Positions 26,446-38,901 of a DNA stretch of 64,000 bases are shown here, one piece after another. Position numbers and translations under genes: made by a program. Within the stretch, counting starts at the first letter, position 1; every line of letters starts with the position of its first letter. This DNA comes from Sulfurospirillaceae bacterium (GTDB taxonomy: Bacteria > Campylobacterota > Campylobacteria > Campylobacterales > Sulfurospirillaceae): NCBI GenBank assembly GCA_033723415.1, contig JAWVXD010000001.1, positions 64,001 to 128,000 of the forward strand, in the 5' to 3' direction. The notes beneath the pieces are model-generated. The model was not told where the DNA came from and did no database searches. It saw only the letters and a program-made list of their open reading frames with translations.

Positions 26446-26519
26446 CGTGACATTATATAATAAAAACGGACTTTATCAACTAGTATCCCTATGCATCCAT
26501 AAATATTAAATGAATTTTT

Positions 26520-26762
26520 CTACAGATGTTTACTGAAATACTCCGTCATATGTTCCACCGTATCTACTTTTGCATAATCAGATTCAGGCACCGCCACTCC
26601 CAGCGTATTATTAAGACCCGTTAGCATGTTGAGGAAATCGAACGAGTCGATCTCCAGTGATCTTTGTATATTTTCATTCTCTAAAATGTCTTCTTCTTCA
26701 TATTCCGGTGCAATCTCGCAGATGGCTGTTTTTATGACTTTTTTTATCTCATCTTTTGTCAT
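26520..26762 (-). CDS. Acyl carrier (phosphopantetheine-binding) protein
   Basis: 80 aa, acidic, LEIDSFDFL (DS attachment serine), GVAVPESDY. Confidence 0.85.
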   Translation of the reverse strand: MTKDEIKKVIKTAICEIAPEYEEEDILENENIQRSLEIDSFDFLNMLTGLNNTLGVAVPESDYAKVDTVEHMTEYFSKHL

Positions 26763-27934
26763 AGTAACTCCTCAGGCTTTTGCAAAATTTGATTGAGTTT
26801 ATCCAAAAACAGTGCTCCAGTACGGCCATCGGTAGCTCTGTGATCTCCGGCTAGTGTTGCTTGCATGACTTTTTGGACAACGAGGGTGTCTCCTTCTACC
26901 CAGGGAGCATTACTGATGCGACCTAATCCAACAAGTGCTACTTGCGGTGGATAGATGACGCCATAGACTCTCTCGACACCGATATCCCCGAGGTTGGTGA
27001 TAACTATGGTCTGCTTTGTCATCTCGGAACTTCGGAGTTTCCCGGAACGCGCTCGTGTGATCAGATCATGTAGCGCTGTCATCGTTTGATCAAGATTTTT
27101 GTTTTGAGCATCTATCAATGCCGGAGTGATCAATCCGCCTTTACGAAGGGCGATAGCGATACCTGGATGAATCTCATCACTGATCTGCAGGGCGTCATCT
27201 TTCCAAAAACCGTTGAGCTCCGGTACTTCTTGCAGCGTTTTTACTACGGCACGGATCACCAGTGCAGTTGAAAGGATACGATCTTTTATACTGCGTTTTT
27301 TGTTTTGTGCTTCAAGCCACTCCAGGGCAGGCGTCATATTGATCGAGATAGAAAGATAATAGTGTGGGATCTCAGCGTTTGAGCGACTCATGGCTTTGGC
27401 TATGGCATGACGCATACCATCGGGTTTGATCTCCTGCGTTTTTGCTGCGGCAGCTTCCACTTGCTCTAAGCCTATTTTCCCATCAGTTTTTGAGGCTAGG
27501 AGTTCTATATCTACACCGAGCTCCCGAGCTTTTTTGCGTGCCGCCGGAGAGATCTTTGCCGTCTCTATGGTGCTTGATTTTGCTTTTCGTTCTTTTAGGG
27601 TTTGTTTCTTCTCATCTTTGGATTGTTCTTTAGATACCTCTTTCTTGTCATTGAGTGTGAGTTCGGCTAGCGCTTTTTCAAGATCCTCTGAACTTTCGTT
27701 TTTTGTGCGTATCAGTGCCAGTGGCATACCCACGGCACATTCGGTTCCGGGTTCGACAAGGATCTTCTCTATGATACCTTCTTCAAAAACTTCTGTCGCG
27801 ATGACTCCCTTACTCGTTTCTACTTCGGCTATGACCTGATCTTTTTTGACATGATCTCCTTCTTTGACTTTCCATTCCATTAAAATTCCCGATTCCATAT
27901 CGGCGCCGAAACTCGGCATTTTAAAAATACTCAT
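26759..27934 (-). CDS. pdhC: Dihydrolipoamide acetyltransferase (E2) with single lipoyl domain
   Basis: Lipoyl [26 protein letters not shown], catalytic DHRATDG. Confidence 0.85.
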   Translation of the reverse strand: MSIFKMPSFGADMESGILMEWKVKEGDHVKKDQVIAEVETSKGVIATEVFEEGIIEKILVEPGTECAVGMPLALIRTKNESSEDLEKALAELTLNDKKEVSKEQSKDEKKQTLKERKAKSSTIETAKISPAARKKARELGVDIELLASKTDGKIGLEQVEAAAAKTQEIKPDGMRHAIAKAMSRSNAEIPHYYLSISINMTPALEWLEAQNKKRSIKDRILSTALVIRAVVKTLQEVPELNGFWKDDALQISDEIHPGIAIALRKGGLITPALIDAQNKNLDQTMTALHDLITRARSGKLRSSEMTKQTIVITNLGDIGVERVYGVIYPPQVALVGLGRISNAPWVEGDTLVVQKVMQATLAGDHRATDGRTGALFLDKLNQILQKPEELL

Positions 27935-28914
27935 GCTTCCTCCATCAATGTATGGACCATGTCAATGATCTTGGCAGGATTTGGAAGGGCTGCTTGTTCT
28001 AAGTGATGTGCATAGGGGATAGGCACTTCAACAGTACAGACACGGCCCATCGGGGCATCCAGTTCATAAAATGCCTGCTCATTGATACGTGCCATGATCT
28101 CAGCGGAAATACTGCCGGATTTCCAGCCTTCATCTACTATCATGACTTTGTGAGTCTTTTTAACCGAAGCCATGATCGTATCATCATCGAGCGGGCGCAG
28201 ACAGCGCAGATCGATCACTTCGGCATCGATTCCTTCTTTTGAAAGAGTCTCTGCCGCTTCGAGTGCTTTGAAGAGATTGATACCATACGCTAGGATGCTG
28301 ATATCTTTACCGGTTCTTTCTACTTTTGCTTTGCCGATAGGTAGCGCCTCGATTTCCGGATCAAATGATCCTTTTGCATTATAAAGTAGGGCATTTTCAA
28401 AGATAAGCACGGGGTCTGGGTCGGATAGTGCCAGATTGACCATGTCATGTGCGTCCTGCACCGTTGCAGGAGTCAGTACCTTGAGACCGGGGATATGTGC
28501 ATACCATCCCTCAAGACTGTGAGAATGCTGTGCTGCCAGTTGTTTGCCTGCACCGGTTGCCATTCGGATGACAAGTGGGACATTGATCTGTCCGGCTGAC
28601 ATATGTAGCAGGGTCGCAGCATTGTTCATGATCTGATCTATTGCCAGCAGGCTGAAATTGACCGTCATAATCTCTATGATGGGACGCATTCCGTTGATCG
28701 CAGCACCGATACCGACTCCTGTAAAACCAGATTCGCACAGTGGTGTATCGATGATACGCTCAGAACCAAATTCTTCCAATAGTCCCATACTCACGGCATA
28801 ACTTCCGCCATAACGGCCGACATCTTCACCTGCCAAAAAAACTCTTTCATCTTTTTTCATCGCATTTTCGATCGCCTTGCGTATCGCTTCGCGATAAGTG
28901 ATTTGTGTTTTCAT
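27931..28914 (-). CDS. pdhB: Alpha-ketoacid (pyruvate) dehydrogenase E1 beta
   Basis: [40 protein letters not shown]. Confidence 0.88.
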   Translation of the reverse strand: MKTQITYREAIRKAIENAMKKDERVFLAGEDVGRYGGSYAVSMGLLEEFGSERIIDTPLCESGFTGVGIGAAINGMRPIIEIMTVNFSLLAIDQIMNNAATLLHMSAGQINVPLVIRMATGAGKQLAAQHSHSLEGWYAHIPGLKVLTPATVQDAHDMVNLALSDPDPVLIFENALLYNAKGSFDPEIEALPIGKAKVERTGKDISILAYGINLFKALEAAETLSKEGIDAEVIDLRCLRPLDDDTIMASVKKTHKVMIVDEGWKSGSISAEIMARINEQAFYELDAPMGRVCTVEVPIPYAHHLEQAALPNPAKIIDMVHTLMEEA

Positions 28915-29891
28915 TGTATCTCCTCCGGCGAGTAAACAAATTTTTCCAGATCGGATTCATCTTCCCAGGTACCGTTTTCCGCAAAGGCTACGGCATCATC
29001 TATGGTTCGATTGATTTCTTCTTCGATCGCCTTTGTATCGATCTTCGACCAGAGTCCTTTATCTTTTAGTATTTTCTTAAAGGTAACTAAGGGTCCTTTC
29101 TTTTTCCAAGCTTCAACTTCTTTCTTGTCACGATAGAGTTCTGCATCGAACATGGAATGAGCTCGGAATCGATAAGTAAGGCACTCCAAGAAAACCGGTC
29201 CTTTCCCGGCATGGATACGCTTGAGCGATTTTTCGGCAGCATTTGCTACTGCCATAACATCCATACCGTCAACCTGTTGGGCTGACATATTATAACTTTT
29301 GGCTTTCAGTGAGAGGTTAGTCTCTGATTCTGCATATTTTAGAGCCGTACCCATTCCATAAAGGTTGTTTTCACAAACAAAGAGTACTGGAAGCTGCCAG
29401 AGCGCAGCCAGGTTGAGCGCTTCGTGAAATTCTCCCTCTGCAACGGCTCCATCACCAAAGAAACAAACCGTAACACGGTCACGATTCATCCGTTTATCAG
29501 CCAGTGCCATACCTACGGCTAGAGGCAGACCGCCGCCCACGATGGCATAACCTCCAAAGAAGCGTTTTTTAACATCGAAAAGATGCATGGAACCGCCGCG
29601 TCCGTGTGTGCAACCTTCCGCTTTACCGTAAAGTTCTGCCATAACTTCCTTGGCGGAGATTCCCCGTAAAAGGGCTTGTCCGTGTTCACGGTAAGTGGAT
29701 ATGATCGCGTCATCGTCATCCAGGACTTGCATGATCCCCGTCGCGACGGCTTCTTCACCGATATACAGATGCAGAAATCCTCTGATCTTCTCGGCACTAT
29801 AGAGTTCGACGCATTTCTCTTCAAAGCGTCGTATCAAAAGCATTTTTTGGTATAGATCCTTTGCTAGATCCAAGGTAAGTTTCAGACTCAT
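28911..29891 (-). CDS. pdhA: Pyruvate dehydrogenase E1 alpha
   Basis: [21 protein letters not shown] motif [27 protein letters not shown]. Confidence 0.9.
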   Translation of the reverse strand: MSLKLTLDLAKDLYQKMLLIRRFEEKCVELYSAEKIRGFLHLYIGEEAVATGIMQVLDDDDAIISTYREHGQALLRGISAKEVMAELYGKAEGCTHGRGGSMHLFDVKKRFFGGYAIVGGGLPLAVGMALADKRMNRDRVTVCFFGDGAVAEGEFHEALNLAALWQLPVLFVCENNLYGMGTALKYAESETNLSLKAKSYNMSAQQVDGMDVMAVANAAEKSLKRIHAGKGPVFLECLTYRFRAHSMFDAELYRDKKEVEAWKKKGPLVTFKKILKDKGLWSKIDTKAIEEEINRTIDDAVAFAENGTWEDESDLEKFVYSPEEIQ

Positions 29892-29903
29892 CTGTTACTC
29901 CTT

Positions 29904-31655
29904 TTACTTTTCCAATGTAGAAGTGTCACCTTCTGGCAGTCCAAGTTCTCTGGCTTTAAGCAGCCGACGCATGATTTTTCCGCTTCTTGTTTTTGGAAGA
30001 TTTTCCTGAAATTCGATTTCTTTAGGTGCCACGGTAGCACCCAGTTTTTTGCGTCCGAAACCGATCAGTTCCCGCTTTAGCTTTTCGCTCGGTTCGAAAC
30101 CCGGTTTCAGTGAGACGAACGCTTTGACGATTTGCCAGATCAACGGATCAGGCTTGCCGATAACTCCCACTTCAGCCACGGCGGGATGTTCCATCAGGGC
30201 ACTTTCTACTTCAAAAGGCCCGACCATATGGCCCGAGGTTTTTATAATGTCATCGGCACGTCCGACAAACCAGAAGTAGCCATCTTTATCTTTGTATGCG
30301 AGATCACCGGTTACGTACCAGCCTCCCACAAAGCTTTTTTGATATTTTTCATCGTTATGTAAGTAAGCCCGAAACATGGAAGGCCAGCCGGGTTTCAGAA
30401 CAAGATCACCGTCTTTCTCAGGCTCAGTGATCTCCGTAACCGTGCCGTCTTCATTTAACTGTACGATTGCAGCCTCCACTCCCGGTAGCGGCTTACCCAT
30501 CGAGCCGGGTCGGATATCCATACACTGATAGTTGGCGATCATGATCCCTCCGGTTTCGGTCTGCCACCAGTTATCGTGTATCGGCATACCGAGTTTTTCT
30601 ACACCCCAAACCACCGCTTCGGGATTGAGCGGCTCTCCCACACTTTGTATCAGTCGCAGTTTGGAAAGATCAAATTCCTTAAGCGGTTCTACATCAATGC
30701 GCATCAGACGGCGGATCGCTGTGGGTGCCGTGTACCAGACATTGACCTTATAGTCCTCTAAAATACCGTACCACCGCTTTGCATCAAATTCCGCTTCATC
30801 GACTATATTTGTTACGCCATGTAGCCAGGGAGCGATGATACCGTATGAGGTTCCAGTCACCCAACCGGGATCAGCCGTACACCAATAGATGTCATCAGGA
30901 TGGAAGTCCAGTACTATCTCTCCTGTGAGCCAGTGCGTGTACATCGCTTTATGCACATGCACCACTCCTTTTGGCATCCCGGTTGTTCCGCTGGTGAAAT
31001 GTAACAGTGACATATCTTCAAGATCGGTTGGCTGGATCTCAAAATCATCTGATGCTTTTTCCATCAATCGCGGCAGGGAAAGGACTTTTTCGCTGAGGTC
31101 TTCTTCTGAATCGATGATAAAAACATAGCGCAGTTCAGGCAGCTGTTCAAGCAGTGAGGCGATCTTTTTGTCGTACAGTCGTTTTGTTGTCAGCAATGCT
31201 TTTGCATCACCGCGCTGCATACGCTGCAAGATAGGCTCAGGTCCAAACTGTGAAAAAAGAGGGCACATGACATTGCGGTTTTTCAAGATACCGATCGCGG
31301 CGATATAGAGTTCGGGAAGTCTGGTAGAAAGAGTAAAAATACGTTCGCTTTTTTCAAATCCGAGCGATTTCAGTACATTTGCAAAGCGTGCGCTCTGCTG
31401 TTTCATCTGAGTATATGTGTAGGTAAGTTTCTCGCCGTTTTCACCCAGCCAGATCAATGCCGTTTTTTCACCCAGTCCTCCATCGGCATGGCGGTCGATC
31501 GCTTCATAGGCGATGTTGTATCCTCCTGAAGGCAATCCGTTGAACTTTTCTGTGATCTGCTCCCACGAAAAAGAACGGTATGTTTGCTCATAATCCGTCA
31601 TATTAGGTTGGAGAATAAAATTTCCAACTTTTTTTTCTATCCACTTTTGCTCCAT
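29904..31655 (-). CDS. acsA: Acetate--CoA ligase
   Basis: [44 protein letters not shown]. Confidence 0.9.
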   Translation of the reverse strand: MEQKWIEKKVGNFILQPNMTDYEQTYRSFSWEQITEKFNGLPSGGYNIAYEAIDRHADGGLGEKTALIWLGENGEKLTYTYTQMKQQSARFANVLKSLGFEKSERIFTLSTRLPELYIAAIGILKNRNVMCPLFSQFGPEPILQRMQRGDAKALLTTKRLYDKKIASLLEQLPELRYVFIIDSEEDLSEKVLSLPRLMEKASDDFEIQPTDLEDMSLLHFTSGTTGMPKGVVHVHKAMYTHWLTGEIVLDFHPDDIYWCTADPGWVTGTSYGIIAPWLHGVTNIVDEAEFDAKRWYGILEDYKVNVWYTAPTAIRRLMRIDVEPLKEFDLSKLRLIQSVGEPLNPEAVVWGVEKLGMPIHDNWWQTETGGIMIANYQCMDIRPGSMGKPLPGVEAAIVQLNEDGTVTEITEPEKDGDLVLKPGWPSMFRAYLHNDEKYQKSFVGGWYVTGDLAYKDKDGYFWFVGRADDIIKTSGHMVGPFEVESALMEHPAVAEVGVIGKPDPLIWQIVKAFVSLKPGFEPSEKLKRELIGFGRKKLGATVAPKEIEFQENLPKTRSGKIMRRLLKARELGLPEGDTSTLEK

Positions 31656-31892
31656 CTTTCATCCTTCTTTTAAAGTCTGCTTCAGTCTCAATGCGGTATA
31701 TGACAATATTATATCTCAATTTTTGCATATAGATTCCACTAAATCTATAAACATAACTTGAGTAGAAAAATCTGTAAAAAGCTATATTTTTAGTATATTG
31801 CCTGTCCACATGATATCAAAATACATAGCTTTTTTGTGGAACTTATAAATTATATATAAACTGCTATTATAGTCATATTAAATAATCTAATA

Positions 31893-32744
31893 CTATTTTG
31901 TCATTGAACGATAGGTATTGCTTATCTCAAGAAGCTCATCAGTTATCTCCTGCTGACGATGGACATTTAACTCTTGTTCAAAAAACTTTTCTCTCTTTTT
32001 TATTGTATTACTCGCTTTAATCATAGTATTAAGTCTTGCCTGATTTTCACTTGCTACAGACTCTAAAAATGCCCTATATATTGAGATATGTAGATATTCT
32101 TTTATCAGAGAGTGCAAAATGTCTTTAGAGTTTAGATAAAATAGCGGCTCTTTTCTTAGTGATCTTTTATGCAATTTTGAAAAATCAGGAGGCAAAACTT
32201 TTTCTTCAACAATTTTATAACTGTCTGTTTCTAGTTCTGCGTGTATGAGAGTTATGTTATCAAAGTGCTCTTGCTCAAATATTTCTATGAGATATGAGGA
32301 GAGTTCAATCGCATTGACCTCTATAGCCTCAACACTTGAAGTACCGCTTAGATAGTGTTTACATGAGATTTTTCTTGATTTTGCTTCTTGTGCACCTTTT
32401 TCACCCATAACAATAGTAATAGAATCTTCAGTCGGAATTTTTTTGAAAAAATTTAAAATATCTTCATTGAAAAAACCACAAAGCCCCTCCTGTGATAAGA
32501 AGAGTACATAAATTGTTCTCTTCTTATTGTCTGGATTATATTTTATAAGATGTGGAAAAATTGTGATAATATCTCCAAATGAATCTTCGATGGAGTTTTT
32601 GTAAATACGAAAATTTGATAGACTCTTTTTAGCTGTTTGCACATTAAAATTGGCAAAGGCTTTCATTGCTGAGACGATCTCTTCTATCTCTCTCATACTT
32701 TGCAGTTTTCTTTTTAATTTTAAAGAAGTGATCATGACTGCCAC
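31893..32744 (-). CDS. atpG: N-type (alternate F-type) ATPase gamma subunit
   Basis: IVSAMKAFA, SQEGLCGFFN, ASENQARLNTM, RQQEITDELLEI. Confidence 0.88.
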   Translation of the reverse strand: MAVMITSLKLKRKLQSMREIEEIVSAMKAFANFNVQTAKKSLSNFRIYKNSIEDSFGDIITIFPHLIKYNPDNKKRTIYVLFLSQEGLCGFFNEDILNFFKKIPTEDSITIVMGEKGAQEAKSRKISCKHYLSGTSSVEAIEVNAIELSSYLIEIFEQEHFDNITLIHAELETDSYKIVEEKVLPPDFSKLHKRSLRKEPLFYLNSKDILHSLIKEYLHISIYRAFLESVASENQARLNTMIKASNTIKKREKFFEQELNVHRQQEITDELLEISNTYRSMTK

Positions 32745-34246
32745 TCATTTATAAATGTCTCTGTTGCCGTTTTCAATTGGCTTACCAAATAGTTGTCTAT
32801 ATCATTTGCTGTTGCTACAGCCTGTAAGATGTCTTGATAGTGCGTTTGTAGGTAGATAGCAAATTTATCTATAAATAATTCTATATGTTCCAATGGTATC
32901 GTCTTCAAATACCCTTCGTTATGAAGAAAAAATATCGCTACTTGTATTGGCATGCTGATATGTTCCAAGCGATCCTGTTTGAGTGCAACCCTGAGCGCTT
33001 GTCCTTTGTCTATAAGTTCTTGAGTTTCTTTCTCTACTTTTGCACCAAATTTTGTAAAAATTTCAACTTCCAGAAACTGGGAGTAATCAAGCTTCAATTT
33101 GATTGCCATTTTCTTGAGTGCTTGTACCTGCGCTTTGGCTCCGATACGAGAAACTGATCGACCAATATCAATAGCAGGTAAAAAACCTCTGTTAAAAAGT
33201 TCTCGATCTAGATAGATTTGACCGTCAGTTATTGAAATGAGATTAGTAGGAATATAGTCAGAAATTCTTCCGGCTTGGGTCTCTACAATAGGAAGTGCCG
33301 TGATCGAACCGCCTTTGTGCCGATCAGATCTTTTACCGGCTCTCTCAAGAAGTTTTGCATGGATAAAAAAGATATCTCCCGGATATGCTTCACGCCCCGG
33401 TGGAATTTCAAGGAGTAAAGAGATACTTCTATACGTATCTGCGTGTTTGGTAAGATCATCATAAATGATTAAGACATCCTTTCCTTGGTCTGCAAAAAAC
33501 TCTGCGATTGCAGAGCCTGAATAAGGGGCTATAAATTTCAGACCAGGCGCTGCATCTGCCGGTGCAGCAATAATAATAGTATAAGAAAGGGCATTACTTT
33601 TTTTTAGGTCATTGATCACTCTGGATATTTGCGCTTTTTTTTGTCCGATGGCAACATATATGCAGTAAACGTTTTTATCTTTTTGATTGATGATGGTATT
33701 GACAGCAATAGAAGTTTTCCCCAAAGATGAATCAGAGATGATAAGCTCCCTTTGTCCTTTTCCTATGGGTATCATCGCATCTATGATTTTGATACCTGTA
33801 TAAAGCGGTTCTTTGACAAAATCACGCTCTGTCATTTTGACAGCTTCTCTCTCTATATGATAATACTCTTTTGTTTTTATCTCTTTTTTTTCATCGATCA
33901 GTTTCGAGAGAGGGTCGATAACTTTGCCAAGTAATTCGTATCCGACCGGGATTGAGATGCTTTGATCGGTACAAGTTACTATATCTTTTACATTAAGAGT
34001 GGTATAATCACCTAAAACCACAGCTTGGACAGACTCTTTTGTGATATTGAGAACCAAAGCAAAAAGATTGTGCGGAAGTTTTAAAAGTTCAAAGTAAGCA
34101 ACACTAGAGAGATCTTTGACCTCTATGATGCCATCACTTATTTTTGAGATATATCCCTCTTCATTTATAGTGATTTTTGGTGTAAACTGATGAGATATCC
34201 GGTAAAGTTTTTCAAATACTTGATCAATTTGTTTTTTTGTTCCCAT
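32732..34246 (-). CDS. atpA: N-type ATPase alpha subunit
   Basis: PIGKGQRELII, PPGREAYPGDIFFIHAKLLER, YIPTNLISITDGQIYL; Walker A variant SDSSLGKT. Confidence 0.92.
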   Translation of the reverse strand: MGTKKQIDQVFEKLYRISHQFTPKITINEEGYISKISDGIIEVKDLSSVAYFELLKLPHNLFALVLNITKESVQAVVLGDYTTLNVKDIVTCTDQSISIPVGYELLGKVIDPLSKLIDEKKEIKTKEYYHIEREAVKMTERDFVKEPLYTGIKIIDAMIPIGKGQRELIISDSSLGKTSIAVNTIINQKDKNVYCIYVAIGQKKAQISRVINDLKKSNALSYTIIIAAPADAAPGLKFIAPYSGSAIAEFFADQGKDVLIIYDDLTKHADTYRSISLLLEIPPGREAYPGDIFFIHAKLLERAGKRSDRHKGGSITALPIVETQAGRISDYIPTNLISITDGQIYLDRELFNRGFLPAIDIGRSVSRIGAKAQVQALKKMAIKLKLDYSQFLEVEIFTKFGAKVEKETQELIDKGQALRVALKQDRLEHISMPIQVAIFFLHNEGYLKTIPLEHIELFIDKFAIYLQTHYQDILQAVATANDIDNYLVSQLKTATETFINEWQS

Positions 34247-34247
34247 T

Positions 34248-34997
34248 TTACAACTCTTTGAAAACTTTATCTTCCAGTTGTTTCAATCTTCCTTGGATTG
34301 AACCATCTATTATCTTGTTTTCTATTCCTACCCTTATACCGCCTATGAGAGAATTTTCAGTAATAATGTTTAATGAGACTATTTTTAGATCGAAAGTATT
34401 TTCAAGTGTCTCTCTGATCAGACGCATTGTTTCATTTTTTATGTTTAACGGTGTAGATATATTGATCTCACACTCTTTGTTTTTCAGCTCTTCTTTTAAT
34501 ATTTTTATCTCATTTGTATTTTTACTCTTTATTTCATAAAGGAATTTTTCGATAAGTTTTTGATGAATATCTTCATCTATAAATTCTTCTACAAATCTGC
34601 CAAGATAATCAAGACTAAATTGTAAACTTTGCTCTTTGATGTCATTTTCTACTTTCTTTTTTTCATGCTCTAGTATGCTTTTTTGCTTTAATCTCTCTTT
34701 CCCAAGTTCTTTGTCTATTTCTTCCAAAAGACGGATCTTCTCCTGCTCGGCTTCTTTTCTTGCGATACTAAGCTCTTTTTCTTTTAAAGTATCTATCTCT
34801 TTTAGTTTATCTTGATAGTGCAGTTCTTGTTCTTTTAGTTTATCTTCACCGATTTGCAGGTCTTCCAAACGTTTTTTGATATTTTCATCCCTCTTTTGAA
34901 TAATGTTCTTTAACGGGTTGAAAAAGAGTTTGTATAAAATATACAAAACAACAAAAAAGTTAATCGTCTGAAATAAAAAAGTCCACCAATTAAACAT
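34248..34997 (-). CDS. atpF: N-type ATPase b subunit with delta-like C-terminal extension
   Basis: NWWTFLFQTINFFVVLYIL, coiled coil, C-terminal SLIGGIRVGIENKIIDGSIQGRL. Confidence 0.88.
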   Translation of the reverse strand: MFNWWTFLFQTINFFVVLYILYKLFFNPLKNIIQKRDENIKKRLEDLQIGEDKLKEQELHYQDKLKEIDTLKEKELSIARKEAEQEKIRLLEEIDKELGKERLKQKSILEHEKKKVENDIKEQSLQFSLDYLGRFVEEFIDEDIHQKLIEKFLYEIKSKNTNEIKILKEELKNKECEINISTPLNIKNETMRLIRETLENTFDLKIVSLNIITENSLIGGIRVGIENKIIDGSIQGRLKQLEDKVFKEL

Positions 34998-35002
34998 GAC
35001 GT

Positions 35003-35269
35003 TTATTTCACTACTAAACTAAGTAAAGGATTGGCAAACAAAATGATCAGCGCAATAACAAGTGAATAGATCGCCACCGATTCAACCATTGCCATTCCGA
35101 CAAAAAGTAGACGAGTTATCTCATTGGCAGATTCAGGTTGTCTTCCAATAGTCTCTATTGCTTTTGTAAGTGCATCGGCTTCACCTCGTGATGGTCCGTA
35201 TCCTCCTATTGCGATCGTCAAACCTGCAGTAATGATAGATACTGCCACGATTATAGTCATACTATCCAT
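35003..35269 (-). CDS. atpE: N-type ATPase c subunit; start moved to ATG 35269
   Basis: GPSRGEADA (Glu in helix 1), RQPE loop, MVESVAIY; RBS GGAG. Confidence 0.9.
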   Translation of the reverse strand: MDSMTIIVAVSIITAGLTIAIGGYGPSRGEADALTKAIETIGRQPESANEITRLLFVGMAMVESVAIYSLVIALIILFANPLLSLVVK

Positions 35270-35270
35270 T

Positions 35271-35969
35271 TTATTTCTCCTCAGTTGAATTAAGGTTTTC
35301 TGCTCTGATGCCACCGATGATAAAGATGTAAGTCAACAGGCCAAAAAGAAAAGCATGTAAAACATCTCCTACTATACTAAGCAATATCATGGGTACCGGC
35401 ACTAAAAAACCAACAAGGGCGATCAAAATCGCAACGATCATCTCCCAGCTCAGCATATTACCAAAAAGCCGTATCGCCATCGCGAATATTCTTGAAATAT
35501 CTGCAAATAGGTTGAACGGCAGTAAAAAAACCGAAGGTTCAATATACTTTTTGACATATCTTTTAAAGCCATTAAATTTTATACCATAATAGTGAATAGA
35601 AAAAAAAGCTATGGTTGAAAGTGCAGCCGTGGTACTCAAGTCTCTTGTGGGATTGTGAAAATATGGTATAAGTGATATCAGATTCATAAAACCGACATAG
35701 ATCCATATCGTACCGATAAATGGTACCAATATCCAGCCGGAGATATTTGCAGAACCCTCCAGCGTTTCTTTGATCGCCATCACGATTTTTTCTGAAAAAA
35801 GCTGCGTCTTTGAAGGGTTTAAGATCGATAAGCGTCTACTGATCACAAATGACAAAATAGCTAAGATAGCAATGATGATCCATGTTGTAATAACAGTATC
35901 TGACACAGGTATTGTAAGTCCTGCAGCTTTAATTTCAAATTTTACTGTCGGAAAAACATTTTCAATCAT
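35271..35969 (-). CDS. atpB: N-type ATPase a subunit
   Basis: NPTRDLSTTAALS, ISRIFAMAIRLFGNM (essential Arg). Confidence 0.9.
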   Translation of the reverse strand: MIENVFPTVKFEIKAAGLTIPVSDTVITTWIIIAILAILSFVISRRLSILNPSKTQLFSEKIVMAIKETLEGSANISGWILVPFIGTIWIYVGFMNLISLIPYFHNPTRDLSTTAALSTIAFFSIHYYGIKFNGFKRYVKKYIEPSVFLLPFNLFADISRIFAMAIRLFGNMLSWEMIVAILIALVGFLVPVPMILLSIVGDVLHAFLFGLLTYIFIIGGIRAENLNSTEEK

Positions 35970-35996
35970 AATAATCTCTCATGATCCTTTTTATAC

Positions 35997-37825
<1,829 letters not shown>

Positions 37826-37833
<8 letters not shown>

Positions 37834-38113
37834 AGACAAAGAGAGTGAGAAATTTAAAAAAACCATAGATAAACAGGCATCATGGCTGGTAAAATGGCGA
37901 AAAAAAGGAATTATTTGGGAAAAGGTCATGATAGTTGGTGCGATAGGCTGGATGATCATATTGCCGATGGTAATAGGAGGTTATCTAGGAAAGTATCTGG
38001 ACAAGCATTATAAAATGCAGACAGGTGATATCTCCTGGACGATGACTTTTATCATTTTAGGACTTTTAATCGCTATATACTCTGTCTGGAGAGTATTTTT
38101 TTATAAAAAATGA
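37826..38113 (+). CDS. atpQ: N-ATPase AtpQ (AtpZ/AtpI family) membrane protein; likely GTG start
   Basis: GAIGWMIILPMVIGGYLGKYLD...SWTMTFIILG; position after atpC. Confidence 0.75.
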
Positions 38114-38352
38114 AAGAGCTACTTCTATTTTTTACGGGTGTCGCGATCGGATTTTTCTATTTTTGGCATCTTTATCTACAATTAAATTATCTAAAAAATA
38201 AGCATAAAATTCCTATCTTCTTTACCTTTTCTATACGCTTTGGCTTATTTAGTATCATTCTTGCTATACTATTTCATTTATTTCATTCTTTAGTGCTTTA
38301 TACAATTTTGGGATTTATCATTAGCAAGTTTTGGATCTATTTTTATAAATAA
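38110..38352 (+). CDS. atpR: N-ATPase AtpR-like small membrane protein
   Basis: GVAIGFFYFWHL...FSIRF...GFIISK pattern; position after atpQ. Confidence 0.6.
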   Translation: MKELLLFFTGVAIGFFYFWHLYLQLNYLKNKHKIPIFFTFSIRFGLFSIILAILFHLFHSLVLYTILGFIISKFWIYFYK

Positions 38353-38478
38353 TAACGTGATCTCACACAGATAAAGCAATTTTCAACTACATAATGTCCA
38401 TATTTTGTACCTGGTAAAGGAAGCCTTTATACCAAAGGCTCCTTCAGTAGTATAATAGCCATATGACATATCAATATC

Positions 38479-38814
38479 TTATGATTTCTTTGTAAAATCG
38501 TTGATGGCTTTTTCTAATGGCATCATATACATCAGTGCAGGTCCTCCGTGCATTAGAACCGCCTGAAATGCCGATTCAAGTATCTCTTCTCTGGTTGCAC
38601 CGGCATCAATTGCCTCTTTTACATGGTATACGATGCATGATTCGCACTGTAGCGCTATTGATAGTGCAACATTGGTAAGCTCTTTTTGTTTTGTATCCAA
38701 TGCACCAGGTTTTGCAGTAGCAACCAAAAATTTAGTGAAGCCTTCCATTTGTTCTGGCATCTCTTTTGACAATCTTGCAAGAAATTCTTTGATTTCTTCT
38801 ACTTTATGTTTCAT
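38479..38814 (-). CDS. Carboxymuconolactone decarboxylase / AhpD-like protein
   Basis: GALDTKQKEL..ALSIALQCESCIVYH..AIDAGATREEI. Confidence 0.88.
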   Translation of the reverse strand: MKHKVEEIKEFLARLSKEMPEQMEGFTKFLVATAKPGALDTKQKELTNVALSIALQCESCIVYHVKEAIDAGATREEILESAFQAVLMHGGPALMYMMPLEKAINDFTKKS

Positions 38815-38901
38815 TTCTATTCCTTTATTATAAAATTCTGATAACTAATCAGTTTATTGTAGTATTTAGTCTATTCCTTCAACCATATCTCTCCTTTAGG
38901 A

